Shown: positions 38,434 through 49,464, counted from the stretch's first letter. The stretch is 64,000 nt of DNA from Candidatus Thorarchaeota archaeon (GCA_046482545.1 JAWOEX010000021.1:96001-160000); one strand, 5' to 3'. Notes: generated by a model from the sequence alone, not told the origin. Numbers and translations: made by a program.

Positions 38434-39800
38434 AAGACAGTTTTATATCAAATCACTATACGGATAACACACATGATTGGGAGCAGATGATGTTGCAGGA
38501 TAGGATCGAATACGTAGAGTTCCGATTAGCTGACATATATGGGCGGCTCAAGGGAATGACTGTACCTTGTAAGCCAGCAAAGTCAGTTGAAGAACTTCTT
38601 GATGATCCCCTGATGGAAAAAGGTACCAGTATAGATGGGAGCTCAATTGTAGGCCTCTCAAGGGTAGAATCATCCGATTTGTTTCTACAACCAGAACCAG
38701 CCACAGCGGTAGAGCTTCCATATTGGGATGTTCGTACTGCAGCGGTGATGTGTTTTGTCAGGGAGAAAATGTTTGAAGATACAGAAGCTGAGTACTATCC
38801 AAGGGATACAAGGGGTCGCCTTCATCATGTTTGTGAAGAATACTTTCGGGACAATATGCAGCTTATGATCAAGACCGAACCGGAGTTCTACGCAATTACA
38901 CCAGATGGACAGCCTATCGATAGAGGAGAGTATGCAGATATATACCCCAAAAGTCCCACTACGTCGTATCTTCTCAATCTTTCAAATGCTTTGAGATTCG
39001 TTGGTATGGAATTACGGGTTATCCATCATGAAGTCGGATTAGCCCAGCAGGAAATCGAAATCAACTACAGTGATGCCAGACACATGGCGGATATGTTGCT
39101 ACTCTTTAAGAATCTCGCAAGAGCCGTGGCAATGGAACAATCAATGGACGTGACATTCATGCCAAAGCCATTCGATGGAGAAGCAGGAAACGGTCTCCAC
39201 TGCCATCTGCAGCTATGGGAGGATGGGGAGAACCTATTCGGTTCCGATAATGCAGGAAGTCTTTCAGAAGCAGCTGAGATGTTCGTAGCGGGTCTGCTTG
39301 AGCATGCTCCAGCAATCACTGCAATTGCAAATCCAACAGTGAACTCGTACAAACGCCTTGTACCTCATCAAGAAGCACCCGTGTATATTTCATGGGGTGA
39401 TAGGAACCGTACAGCATTAATTCGAGTTCCACTATTCAAATCCAAGAATGATGCTGCGATAGAATTTAGATCCCCTGATCCCTCTACAAACCCATATCTT
39501 CTTTTTTCAGCACTTATCGCAGCTGGTATGGATGGCATCGAGAAGGAACTGGAGCCAGCCTCGCCAGTATCCAAAGATGTCTTCAAGATGTCGGATAGCG
39601 AAAGGGAGCAACTTGGTATCGGTTCGTTGCCTTCAACACTTGGTTTTGCACTCAAGTACCTAGAAGAGGACGATGTCATCACCCAAGCGATCGGAGAGGA
39701 GATTGCTGAGGACTTCATTCAGCTGAAGAAGGATGAGTGGCTAGACTACGTAAACCGCAGTATTACCGATTTTGAATGGAATCGCTACAGGAATACCTAG
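38427..39800 (+). CDS. glnA: Glutamine synthetase type I
   Basis: DGSSI, EPEF, HHEV, FMPKP..AGNGLH, SYKRLVP..EAP, NRT, EFRSPDP. Confidence 0.93.
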   Translation: MVEDSFISNHYTDNTHDWEQMMLQDRIEYVEFRLADIYGRLKGMTVPCKPAKSVEELLDDPLMEKGTSIDGSSIVGLSRVESSDLFLQPEPATAVELPYWDVRTAAVMCFVREKMFEDTEAEYYPRDTRGRLHHVCEEYFRDNMQLMIKTEPEFYAITPDGQPIDRGEYADIYPKSPTTSYLLNLSNALRFVGMELRVIHHEVGLAQQEIEINYSDARHMADMLLLFKNLARAVAMEQSMDVTFMPKPFDGEAGNGLHCHLQLWEDGENLFGSDNAGSLSEAAEMFVAGLLEHAPAITAIANPTVNSYKRLVPHQEAPVYISWGDRNRTALIRVPLFKSKNDAAIEFRSPDPSTNPYLLFSALIAAGMDGIEKELEPASPVSKDVFKMSDSEREQLGIGSLPSTLGFALKYLEEDDVITQAIGEEIAEDFIQLKKDEWLDYVNRSITDFEWNRYRNT

Positions 39801-39886
39801 TAGGGATCAACGCCTCAATCATGCTCGTCGGAGGGACTCAATGTTAATATTGGTGAGCATATACATATTAAAAGAGGTTCACGAAG

Positions 39887-40666
39887 ATGAGTGAGGAATG
39901 TGAAAGCAAGGCCCTAGGTGCACCCATTGCCAAAATAGTACAAACAGAAGAATTAGAACTTGATGAGCCATTGCTGGTATGTGGCTTTCCATCTGCTGGA
40001 GTTGTTGGAACTATAGCTGCCAATACCATCATGGACCAGCTCGATATGAAGGAAGTAGCTCATCTTCGTTCTAGGCATTTGCCATCAGCTACGGTATTTC
40101 TAGATGGTAGGCTCAGGCACCCATTCAGAGTATACGCAAGTAAAGATGAAAACCTCCTTGTAATGACGACGGAACTTCCCGTTGCGGAAGAAGGAATGTA
40201 CGAAGTTAGCAGTGCGATTTTGGATTGGGCTGCTAGCGTAGGAGTAAGAGAAACCGTAATACTGGATGGTATTCCTGTTCAGGGTATCCCCTCCAATCGC
40301 AAAGTTTTGTATGCAGCTGAAGTGGAGAAACTAGAGGATCTTGAGGGGGATGAGAATGTTGAGATGCTTCAGAAAGGTATCATAACAGGCATTGCCGGGT
40401 CCATACTCTCAGAAACACTTTGTAGACCTATGGTTGGTTTTGCGTTTCTCACACCTGCTATTGCTGTTGTCCCCGATCCTGAGGGGGCAGCCATGCTGTT
40501 GGAGACACTCAGCAGGCACTATGAAATAGATATTGACACGGTTGAACTCAAAGAAAGTGCCGAGAATATCCGCAAGAAAATGAGAGAAATGGCCGAGCAG
40601 GTAGATGGGATGCGCAGAAAAAAACCAGGTGTTGAACATCCTGGTTTCGACAGGATTTACGCCTAG
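39887..40666 (+). CDS. PAC2-family proteasome assembly chaperone
   Basis: GFPSAGVVGTIA, GIITGIAG, PDPEGAA; C-terminal IYA HbYX-like motif. Confidence 0.9.
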   Translation: MSEECESKALGAPIAKIVQTEELELDEPLLVCGFPSAGVVGTIAANTIMDQLDMKEVAHLRSRHLPSATVFLDGRLRHPFRVYASKDENLLVMTTELPVAEEGMYEVSSAILDWAASVGVRETVILDGIPVQGIPSNRKVLYAAEVEKLEDLEGDENVEMLQKGIITGIAGSILSETLCRPMVGFAFLTPAIAVVPDPEGAAMLLETLSRHYEIDIDTVELKESAENIRKKMREMAEQVDGMRRKKPGVEHPGFDRIYA

Positions 40667-40801
40667 TTGGGGCCTTTGTACATCCATCTGGCAGTTGAAA
40701 GAAACAGGTCTTTCAACTGCATAATCCCAAGTACAGCTACATATACATAACAAGCTGGCAAGCTAGACACAGTAGTGCTCAGCAATCATGGGGCTGTAGA
40801 C

Positions 40802-41353
40802 CTATTCACCACAGTCTTTGTAGGCCATTGCTGCCCCTTCAGCGTTACGTTTCCCCACTTTGCCAGGCCAATTCTCTTCTATTACTTCCTGAACAGTCTC
40901 AAGTTTGACCAACCCTGTCGCTTTTGAGAAAGCACCGAGTGCAGGAGTATTAACAACCGGCAGACCAGATACTAATAGACCCAACTTCAAAGCAATCCCT
41001 GTTCCATCAAACGTATAGATTCGCCCACGTTCAATACCGAGATTATCAGGCTCTTTTTGAGTATTGATTATGACTTTTCCACCATCTTTCAGGCCTTCAC
41101 TTACATCCACGAGGTCAATTATGGTCGGGTCCAGCACTGTGACAATATCGGGCTCATAAACTTGGCTTCGAACATTAATCGGTTCGTCTGAAATCCGCGT
41201 GAAAGCCCGTACAGGAGCACCTCTACGTTCAGCCCCGAAGTAAGGGAATCCCTGCACACCCTTATAGCCATCCTTGTAAGCCGCCTTAGCAAGAAGCTCA
41301 GCTGAAGTAACACCGCCCTGGCCGCCTCTGCCATGCCATCGAACTTCTATCAT
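40802..41353 (-). CDS. porG: 2-oxoacid:ferredoxin oxidoreductase gamma subunit
   Basis: IEVRWHGRGGQGGVT, FGAERRGAPV.AFTR. Confidence 0.92.
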   Translation of the reverse strand: MIEVRWHGRGGQGGVTSAELLAKAAYKDGYKGVQGFPYFGAERRGAPVRAFTRISDEPINVRSQVYEPDIVTVLDPTIIDLVDVSEGLKDGGKVIINTQKEPDNLGIERGRIYTFDGTGIALKLGLLVSGLPVVNTPALGAFSKATGLVKLETVQEVIEENWPGKVGKRNAEGAAMAYKDCGE

Positions 41354-41423
41354 CTTTGAATCCCCAAAGCAGTCATGAGGAGGGGGGCAAGGGTACAGTA
41401 AAACCTTTTCGCTGTGACACATA

Positions 41424-42788
41424 TCAGAAGTCTTCAACCAGAGCCTCAGTTACACCTCGAGCTGAGCGTGCTGCCTGTTGAAGACCAACTCCGCTTCCAG
41501 CCGTGTCTGTTCCCACGATGTAAAGTCCATTAGCTGGTGTCCTGGGGCCAGGTCGATCCAAATCAGTTTGCCCAGGAATGAGAGCTGCCCGTGTTGCATA
41601 TGAAGACTGCATGTGCTCCATTTCTATATGATCTAACACCGCAGGGAAGTATTCAGCCAGTATTTCATCTTTCACTCTTCCAGCCAGTTCTTCAGGAGAG
41701 TCATCAATGATAATCGTGGCTAATCCTAGAAGCTCCTTACCTTCAGGGGCACAAGAAGAATCAAAACTAGATACCGAAACAATCCACGTAGGTGGCCGTG
41801 GATGAACTATCACACGAGACTTGCAATCACCAATGACGACTTCATCTAGGCCCAACCACAAGGTCATTCCCTTGGTTACCCTGAAATCACTCCATCGTTC
41901 GAAGAAGTCGTTTGTTTCTTCATCGTCGGAATCGATTATGTCTGGCATAGACCAAAGCGGAATATTGCTCACAATTCGGTCGTGATTAATCTCTCGACCT
42001 CCTGCTGCGATTCCAGTTACATTCCCGTCTGCAATCCGAACGCTGTCTACCGGTGTATCAAGCACATAATTACCATTGATGTTGTCTGTAACCCGCTGCC
42101 GAATGCCAAGCATCCCCCCAATAACATAGCCTTCATCATATTCATCCGAACCAAAAAGCAGCTTCTTCAGGGATTTAATCTTTGAAGTGTCTTTGTCTGT
42201 GTCCTTCAAAGTTCGGAGAGCTTCGTATGCTGACGCTTCTTCAACGGGTACACCGGCTGCCATGTATATTGCGCTCTCCATCACATCCAGTATCACTTGA
42301 TTTTCGACATTGTTGTTCTTCATGAATTCAAGAAAGGAGATGTCCTTGTATTCCTTCATTTCCTCAAGACTCATTGTCTTGATTTTAGCGCCTATTCTAG
42401 CTAGAGTCAATCGACCTTTAAGAGAAGTCAAAGGCCATCTCAGGGTCTCACTAACGCTGGTAGGTATGGTCCCAACCTTGTCGTATACCCGAAAGAACCA
42501 GCCTTCATGTAATACAAACTCGGGGGGTGGATCAAGATGTTCTCTGAGGAACTCTGTGAACGCTCCTCTCTTGACGCGAGTGATTACATGGAGACCATTA
42601 TCAACTCGATAGCCATCGATGTGATAGCCATGCCAAACCCCTCCTAAGTGATTGTTCTTCTCGATGATAAGTGATTTCATGCCTTTTGAGGTTAAGGAGA
42701 GGGCTGCGAGCAGACCACCTGCACCTCCACCAGCAATGATAGCATCATACTCTGATGGCGCAACTTCGTCAATGGGTATTTTATCCAT
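41424..42788 (-). CDS. Phytoene dehydrogenase-like FAD oxidoreductase
   Basis: GGGAGGL..A, EKNNHLGG, APEGKELL, GLYIVG. Confidence 0.85.
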   Translation of the reverse strand: MDKIPIDEVAPSEYDAIIAGGGAGGLLAALSLTSKGMKSLIIEKNNHLGGVWHGYHIDGYRVDNGLHVITRVKRGAFTEFLREHLDPPPEFVLHEGWFFRVYDKVGTIPTSVSETLRWPLTSLKGRLTLARIGAKIKTMSLEEMKEYKDISFLEFMKNNNVENQVILDVMESAIYMAAGVPVEEASAYEALRTLKDTDKDTSKIKSLKKLLFGSDEYDEGYVIGGMLGIRQRVTDNINGNYVLDTPVDSVRIADGNVTGIAAGGREINHDRIVSNIPLWSMPDIIDSDDEETNDFFERWSDFRVTKGMTLWLGLDEVVIGDCKSRVIVHPRPPTWIVSVSSFDSSCAPEGKELLGLATIIIDDSPEELAGRVKDEILAEYFPAVLDHIEMEHMQSSYATRAALIPGQTDLDRPGPRTPANGLYIVGTDTAGSGVGLQQAARSARGVTEALVEDF

Positions 42789-42849
42789 AGGTGGTCACAA
42801 GCATCCGCTTATTGTTCAGTTTACTAAATATTTCCAATCAGCCAATACG

Positions 42850-43950
42850 CTATAATGAAATCAAGCGGTCAGTATCCGCAGACTTGTACGCAACATCAAC
42901 TAATCGATGCGCTTTAAGAGCATCACGAAAAGATGGATCCACATCCTCATTTGCTTGAACAGATTTCAGAAAGGCGTAGCTAAGAGCGGAGTATCTTTCT
43001 GATCCTACAGCGGTAATTGTTTGCAATTGTTCCGTGTTCAATTCCTCCGGATCCAAACCCAATTTTTCCAGTAGAACTTCATTAGCATCATCTACAGAAA
43101 TGATATTTGGGGTCCCACCTTTCAAATGGTATTCTAAGTAACGTTCGTCAGAGCTAAGATCAACAGCAATGTATCCTTCTTGGAAGAAAAGCTCTATGAA
43201 CCGCTCATTGGGGCGGTCCACCCAGTGCCAGACAGAATCTAGGGTGCTTACTGCACCGTTGATATGGGTCAAGGTTACTGATGCTTGATCTTCAACCTCC
43301 CGTTCAGAGAAAAAGTTGACTCTCGAGAATACATTTTCAACATCACCCATTAACCACAGCAACAAGTCCAAATCGTGTATGCTATGCTCAATAAGGGTGC
43401 CACCTCCGGCTATTGATTTGTCACCTCTCCATTGGCTATAGTAGCTGTAATCAACGGGAAAGTGTTGATCATCACGAATATGAGCAAGCATGGGCTGTCC
43501 GAGATTCTTTCTCTCGATAAGCCGCTTGGCATAAAGAAGCAATTGATCGTATCGCAAGACCAGTCCCACGCCAGTTCGGATGCTGTGTCTATTGACAGAT
43601 CCCATCAAATCACGTGTCTGCGGAGTGCTGTGTGTTAATGGTTTCTCACAGAAGATGTCTTTCTCTTGTTCTGCGACAGCTTTGACGATGTCGGTGTGTC
43701 GATTTGTAGGTGTACAGACATAAACAACATCAATATCATCATCGGCAGCCAAGTCTTCATATTCTGTATATGTTGTTTGTACATCATAGAGTGCGGCAAC
43801 TCGTTCCAACGTCTCCTCATCGATGTCACACAGAGCAGTAATATCAAGATTCAGAAGTCCTGAGTTTTTCAATGCAGCCAAACTCATCAGGTGCATATTA
43901 CCGATGTTGCCTGCACCAATCAACCCCACATGAATCCTTTGCAAGGCCAA
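42850..43950 (-). CDS. Gfo/Idh/MocA oxidoreductase
   Basis: GLIGAG.IG, CEKP, GGGTLIEHSIHDLD. Confidence 0.92.
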   Translation of the reverse strand: MALQRIHVGLIGAGNIGNMHLMSLAALKNSGLLNLDITALCDIDEETLERVAALYDVQTTYTEYEDLAADDDIDVVYVCTPTNRHTDIVKAVAEQEKDIFCEKPLTHSTPQTRDLMGSVNRHSIRTGVGLVLRYDQLLLYAKRLIERKNLGQPMLAHIRDDQHFPVDYSYYSQWRGDKSIAGGGTLIEHSIHDLDLLLWLMGDVENVFSRVNFFSEREVEDQASVTLTHINGAVSTLDSVWHWVDRPNERFIELFFQEGYIAVDLSSDERYLEYHLKGGTPNIISVDDANEVLLEKLGLDPEELNTEQLQTITAVGSERYSALSYAFLKSVQANEDVDPSFRDALKAHRLVDVAYKSADTDRLISL

Positions 43951-44071
43951 CTTAACACCAACGAATGGTATATCACAAGGGCATAAGAGTCTTGTTTACC
44001 AACTATTATGAGGATTGTTGCCCCTAAAACTCGTCAAAGAAGCCGCATTCATCTCAAAAGAGTGACCTTTC

Positions 44072-45910
44072 ATGAGTCCAGCAGAACAAACAGTACAGGA
44101 GGCACGAGATGCCATACGAAATGGTGAGGAGAAGCTAGCAGCTGAATTGCTAAAAAAAGCAGCAAGGCAGCTGGCCGCAGAAGGAAAGCCCCAGTGGGCG
44201 AAGAATCTCTATCTTGAAGCATGTGAGCTCTATAGTGAGATTGGTGACAAGAAGGCATGTTTCAATCTGATAGAACAAGCGACCCTCACGTTTATCCGTC
44301 AAGATTCGGACCCTGAAGTACACGAGGCAATCGTAGCCCTCAATGAGAATGGTGGAAAGATTGCAGAAAAATGGGATGAATACAAGACAGCAGCTGATTT
44401 CTATTTTCGAAGCAAAGATTTTGCATCCGATACAAAGGTCAAGGACAGACTCACTATTCGAGCAGCAGATGCCCTAGAGAATTTAGCAGATATACATGAA
44501 GAGAACAAGGAATTCGAAGAATCGATCAACCTCCTGAAAAAGGCGGGCCGTCTGTATTATACTGTTGATGATGAAGAGCTGGGGCGTAGAATGCATGATA
44601 GAGCAATTCGACTGGCCATGAAATGGGTTGATTCTGCAGAAAGTGAGCAGGATTATCTTTCAGCAGGCAATGCACTTGCAGAAGCAGCTCAAATCATGCA
44701 AAGTGAAGATGAGGCTGCTGAGGCTATTCCGCTAATGATGAGAGCAGGAGAGAAATACGAACAGGCAGAGCTGTTCGAAAAGGCAGGAAACATCTATGAT
44801 GCAGCCCAAGAAGCCTATGGATTTGAGCGGCTTTCAAGCGGCCAAAAAAAGGCGGCCAGCAAAGCTGCAGAAGCCTACACAAAAATGAGAGGGGCACCTA
44901 ATGTTCTAGCACCCCTTCTTATCAGAGCAGGTAAGCTATATCGGAAAGCTGGACGAATTATGAAAGCCAGGTGGTCCTATAAGCGTGCGAGTAAGCTGTT
45001 CGGCGAACTTGCTGATGCTGCAGCTGTCGAGGAAGACGACGAAACTGAGAACAGGTACCGCCGTTATAGGGCCATGTGCCTGCAGGAATGGGGGCAAGAG
45101 GAAAAGGCCAATGAAATCTATGAAAAGGTCATTGAGTACTACATCAGCAGAGCGCGAATAGAAAAAGAAGGGGAAAATAAAGAGAGGCAAGCGATGTCTC
45201 TGGAAGAAGCTGCTGAGGTAATGCGAGAAGCTGGCCAACAAGAAGAAGCTGAGGAAACTCTAAGCCTAGCACTTGCAATTTATGTTGAGCTAGCTAAGAC
45301 ATCATCTGAAGCAGATAAACCCGGTGAAGCATCGGAGTACTACAGCAAAGCTGCCGAGTGTTGCAACAAACTTGGGTCTGACAAGGAAGCATCTTCATTT
45401 CACAAAAAAGCAAGTGAACAAGCAAAAGAAGCAGCACACATGTACGAAGAGCTGGGAGTCTCTGAACTGAGCGCTATCTGGAGTAGGACAGCTGGCAGAG
45501 AAGCACTACGTTCAGGAAATTCTGATACCATAGAAGAAGGAATACAATTGCTGCGGCAGTCTTGTGCCATTTTCAGTGATATTGGTGAGAAAACTGATGC
45601 TTTCGAGGATCTATTCAGTATATTCGAGGCACTCTTCACTAATTTCCCTGAAAAGAAGACCGAGATAGAAAACACGTTCCAAGCACTGGAGGAGATTGCG
45701 AGAGCTCAAAACCAAGAAGAGATGACATCTATAATCCCTGTACTAAAGGGGTTGAAACAGAAAAACTTCACAATCGCTCTTATGGCCTTTCAAGAAAATG
45801 AGGATGATTTGATTGAAAAATCTGAGCGACTCCGACGAATGTTAGATACTCTTCCCGGACCAAAGAGGGGGCGATCCTCTCCATTATCCAAGTACGGCCG
45901 AATCGCGTAG
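44072..45910 (+). CDS. alpha-SNAP/TPR-like helical solenoid (612 aa)
   Basis: Repeated A..Y..AA..Y helical hairpins along the whole length. Confidence 0.75.
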   Translation: MSPAEQTVQEARDAIRNGEEKLAAELLKKAARQLAAEGKPQWAKNLYLEACELYSEIGDKKACFNLIEQATLTFIRQDSDPEVHEAIVALNENGGKIAEKWDEYKTAADFYFRSKDFASDTKVKDRLTIRAADALENLADIHEENKEFEESINLLKKAGRLYYTVDDEELGRRMHDRAIRLAMKWVDSAESEQDYLSAGNALAEAAQIMQSEDEAAEAIPLMMRAGEKYEQAELFEKAGNIYDAAQEAYGFERLSSGQKKAASKAAEAYTKMRGAPNVLAPLLIRAGKLYRKAGRIMKARWSYKRASKLFGELADAAAVEEDDETENRYRRYRAMCLQEWGQEEKANEIYEKVIEYYISRARIEKEGENKERQAMSLEEAAEVMREAGQQEEAEETLSLALAIYVELAKTSSEADKPGEASEYYSKAAECCNKLGSDKEASSFHKKASEQAKEAAHMYEELGVSELSAIWSRTAGREALRSGNSDTIEEGIQLLRQSCAIFSDIGEKTDAFEDLFSIFEALFTNFPEKKTEIENTFQALEEIARAQNQEEMTSIIPVLKGLKQKNFTIALMAFQENEDDLIEKSERLRRMLDTLPGPKRGRSSPLSKYGRIA

Positions 45911-45922
45911 TTCTTTAGGCCC

Positions 45923-46372
45923 TTGATGGCAATGCATGTACTGGTGAATCCATTGCCAACGCATCATGATACGCTTACATTTTCGACTCAAGGTCACTGT
46001 GATATGATTGACATCACGGACGCTGTGAGCAAGAAAGTGAAATCCAGTCCGCTCGAGAGCGGAATATGCACCGTATTCTGCCCTGGATCAACAGGCTCAG
46101 TCATAACAATTGAGTATGAAGAAGGTCTTCTGGAAGACTTCCCGGCGACAATGGGGCGAATCGCTCCTAAAGATACAGAATACAAACATCATCTGCGATG
46201 GCATGACGGCAACGGCCATAGTCACTGTAGAGCGTCAACAGTCGGCCCTTCCATGACAATTCCGTTTGTAAATAAGAAACTAACACTAGGCACTTGGCAA
46301 CAAATTGCCTTTGCTGACTTTGACAACAAAGCGAGAAACAGAACACTTGAGATAATGCTCATTGGTGAATGA
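45923..46372 (+). CDS. YjbQ/UPF0047 family protein
   Basis: DIT..V, GST...EYE, DGNGHSH, LGTWQ; start uncertain. Confidence 0.92.
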   Translation: MMAMHVLVNPLPTHHDTLTFSTQGHCDMIDITDAVSKKVKSSPLESGICTVFCPGSTGSVITIEYEEGLLEDFPATMGRIAPKDTEYKHHLRWHDGNGHSHCRASTVGPSMTIPFVNKKLTLGTWQQIAFADFDNKARNRTLEIMLIGE

Positions 46373-46642
46373 CTACAGAAGTGCAGCATCGCTTGGGGGG
46401 TCCCATTTCAGCTGGCGTTGACCATGGTCGTCATCATTCGAGTCCCAGACCCTTGCTGCCAAGTACTTCATGCGAAGCGATCTACGCAAACGATGAAGCT
46501 GGAAAGGTACATTCCAGCCCACAGGGCTATTGCGATACTCAGTTGTTTCCATAAGCTCCCGTACGCTATCCAATTCTTTCTTGACTTGAGCCTTCACACT
46601 CTCGAGGTCTCGGCTTATCAAGAATCGTTCCCTATCGGTCAT
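46373..46642 (-). CDS. Hypothetical protein
   Basis: 89-aa ORF filling the gap; GAGGT upstream. Confidence 0.5.
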   Translation of the reverse strand: MTDRERFLISRDLESVKAQVKKELDSVRELMETTEYRNSPVGWNVPFQLHRLRRSLRMKYLAARVWDSNDDDHGQRQLKWDPPSDAALL

Positions 46643-46774
46643 GGTTCAGTACCTCGGCAATAACAAAACAAATATCTCAATAGATAATACAAAAGTGAGT
46701 AATACAGCTCAGTGTCATTCTAGCACGGGATGGAAACAGCAGGAAATGATCTGTAGTGTTTCCAGCATAAATTG

Positions 46775-47284
46775 CTATATCTTCTCTCTCTTTATTGGTA
46801 CCCTCTTCATCGTGGTACCGCACACTGGGCAATTGCGTGACCCTGACGCAGGGCGTTGATGTCCACATGCCGGACAAAGAAGAATCCATTCTATCTTGTG
46901 AGTCATTTTCTTCCCAATTTCTTCTACAGGCAGCCCAATCGATTTCGCAGTATTTAGGAGAGCGAAGTCGCTGGATACAATAGTAGCATCAAATCCCTGT
47001 TCATCTTTCCAGACTGCCAAAGCGAGTAGTTGAACGTCCGTTTCTGATAAGACGGAAGCATCACCAGTTTTCGCCGCGGCCGTTTTTACCTCGTTGAGGT
47101 GTCGTGGTAAGGGATCTTGAACAGACAGCTTCCCAGTATCTATCAACCTTTGAGCCCGGGTTTTGCTCGGTCGGTTGTGAAGCTCATCAATCACACTGCG
47201 AGCTGTGAAGAACTGTGCATCGCGCCTTGCTTCTGCCCATTTGCTAAGTAGGGCTCCAGTATCGAGCACAAATATGTCCTCCAT
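46775..47284 (-). CDS. nob1: Nob1 PIN endonuclease with Zn ribbon
   Basis: VLDTGA, TGD...LSETD, SDFAL.N, CPACG...CPVCG. Confidence 0.9.
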   Translation of the reverse strand: MEDIFVLDTGALLSKWAEARRDAQFFTARSVIDELHNRPSKTRAQRLIDTGKLSVQDPLPRHLNEVKTAAAKTGDASVLSETDVQLLALAVWKDEQGFDATIVSSDFALLNTAKSIGLPVEEIGKKMTHKIEWILLCPACGHQRPASGSRNCPVCGTTMKRVPIKREKI

Positions 47285-47299
47285 CAGGCACACCTGTAG

Positions 47300-48145
47300 T
47301 TACAGCGTTCGGGGCACGATTCTGGTATTGAGTCGGTCATAGTAGTTGTCAGACATGCGTATAAAACGCGTAATCACATCGGATTTCTTGATCCACACTG
47401 TTTCGCCCGGTTCAACTTCTAATCTTCTTTGTCCGTCAATTACGGCAAGGCCGTGAGCTCCAGGTTTCACCAGCTCCAGCTCCACCGTGCTATCATCAGA
47501 GACAACTATGGATTTCAATTCAAAACGTGGTGGGCACACAGGAACGAATATCAAACCACCAACATCAGGGGCAACAATCGAGCCACCCGCAGCAAGGGCG
47601 TAGGCGGTAGATCCTATAGGAGTAGATAGCATAGCTCCGTCAGCTCGACCATAGTCTATTCGAACACCATCCACATACACCTGAAATGTCAGTAATCGAC
47701 CCGGAATGGATGATGCAACATAGACCTCGTTAAGTGCATAACCAAATTCCCGATCACCAACACCCGAAACCAAATTGATGTTCTTGTCAATAACGCAATC
47801 ATTGGCCAACACTTTCTGTAGAGAACTCACAGCCGTAGTTGTGCTGCTTTCGGTCAGAAATCCAACATTTCCGCGATTCACACAAAACAGAGGGTTTTCC
47901 CGATTGCTGAGTTGGGAGAGTGTATAGAGGATGGTTCCATCGCCGCCTATGGTGATAACGAAATCTGTTTCAAATTCCGAGATAGGGCGCTCTTCCGCAA
48001 CGGAGTGGATACCGACACACGATCCTTCATCGACTTGAATGGCAATATCTTGTGATATGAGAAAGCTAGCAATACGCTCGGCTATCTTCCTTGTATCAAG
48101 CCGACCAGGTTTACAGACAATACCCACAGCGCGCCGGTCACTCAT
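47300..48145 (-). CDS. nadK: NAD kinase
   Basis: GGDGT, GNVGFL, ALNE, DG..LSTP.GSTAY..AAGG. Confidence 0.93.
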   Translation of the reverse strand: MSDRRAVGIVCKPGRLDTRKIAERIASFLISQDIAIQVDEGSCVGIHSVAEERPISEFETDFVITIGGDGTILYTLSQLSNRENPLFCVNRGNVGFLTESSTTTAVSSLQKVLANDCVIDKNINLVSGVGDREFGYALNEVYVASSIPGRLLTFQVYVDGVRIDYGRADGAMLSTPIGSTAYALAAGGSIVAPDVGGLIFVPVCPPRFELKSIVVSDDSTVELELVKPGAHGLAVIDGQRRLEVEPGETVWIKKSDVITRFIRMSDNYYDRLNTRIVPRTL

Positions 48146-48360
48146 TATCTGCGGTTTTCGCTCTATCACAACCGTGCACTTCCCGTTGTTGTGGATGGCA
48201 TCCTCGACTCTTTATTCTTATTATTGGTCGGTCATATGATAAATCTAATAGTTTAGAGAGTATCGGGAATCCACAAACCGATTCGCCATAAAGCATTTTA
48301 ATGCAATATCTGTCTCCACATAAGAAACGGTCTGCAAGACACGACAGGAGAGAATCGAAA

Positions 48361-48759
48361 GTGAGTATCAAAAGAACAGAAGTGAAGAACCTGAAGTCTG
48401 GATCATATATGTTGATTGACGATGAACCATGCAAGATTGTCTCTGTAGAAAAATCTAAACCTGGCAAGCACGGTTCTGCAAAAGCAAACATAACAGCTGT
48501 GGGCTTCTTCGATAATAGGAAAAGAAATGTCGTTATGCCGGCAGACCGAATGGCGGAAGTCCCAATCATCGACAAAAGAACTGCAACAGTCATTGCTGAT
48601 CAAGGGAAAACACTGAATCTGATGGATACTGAAACATACGAGTCATTCGAAGTGCCACGACCAGAAGACGCGGATGTAGCATCAGAGATTGAGGTGAACT
48701 GTACTGTCGAATATTGGGATGTCATGGGGCAGAAGGTCATCATGCGCGTTAAGAGTTGA
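48361..48759 (+). CDS. eif5A: Translation factor aIF5A
   Basis: KSKPGKHGSAK hypusine loop; GTG start after GGAG. Confidence 0.96.
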   Translation: MSIKRTEVKNLKSGSYMLIDDEPCKIVSVEKSKPGKHGSAKANITAVGFFDNRKRNVVMPADRMAEVPIIDKRTATVIADQGKTLNLMDTETYESFEVPRPEDADVASEIEVNCTVEYWDVMGQKVIMRVKS

Positions 48760-49035
48760 CCGAGGACTATCAGTAGGATAGTATGTTGCCCTCCTATGAC
48801 GGCAGCATTATTGTGCCCAATCCATAATGTGCTCAGCTACTCAGTCATTTCCCTCCTGCAATTCCACTACTTCATGCAATATTCCGAGTGAGGTATATAT
48901 CTTCATCTTTGAACAAGCTTCAAATAGCCGGAAAATTGGATTACAATCCCCACTGTGTATTTAGTCGATATTCATTTATCAGAGGCATGTCATAGGGATG
49001 CTTAGCCAGATGTAAGGCGGGTGCCGTTTCAGCTC

Positions 49036-49464
49036 ATGCACGAATTGGATTCTACAGATGAAAGAATCATTGAGATTCTGAAGAGAAATGCTCGTAGCTC
49101 CTTAAGAGACATGGCAGACGAGGATGGAGTAAACCTTAGCGCCAGTTCCATACGAAATCGGATGCTGAAGCTCGAACAGGATGGTGTCATCAAGAATTAC
49201 ACCGTTGATGTCGACTATAGGAAAATGGGCTTTGCAATCCAAGTGATAGTGCTCATTCGGGCAAAACCAAAGAAGATTGATATGGTTGTCAAGGAGTTGA
49301 AAGAACACAAGAATGTGCACAACACGTACCGAACTACTGGATCTGTTAACGTGGTCTGTCTCGTAAGAGCAAAGAATATGGAATCACTAACAGACTTCCT
49401 AGAAAATGGCCTTGAGAAGTTCGATGGAATCGAGAAATTCGAAAGCCTGCTTATTCTTGAATGA
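49036..49464 (+). CDS. Lrp/AsnC regulator
   Basis: LD..DE.II.IL..NAR...L..DGVIK.YT. Confidence 0.92.
   Translation: MHELDSTDERIIEILKRNARSSLRDMADEDGVNLSASSIRNRMLKLEQDGVIKNYTVDVDYRKMGFAIQVIVLIRAKPKKIDMVVKELKEHKNVHNTYRTTGSVNVVCLVRAKNMESLTDFLENGLEKFDGIEKFESLLILE

Noticed and set aside
46731-46764. Hairpin tggaaaca-gcag...ctgt-ag-tgtttcca downstream of nob1
   Set aside because: A single short stem, consistent with a terminator or chance
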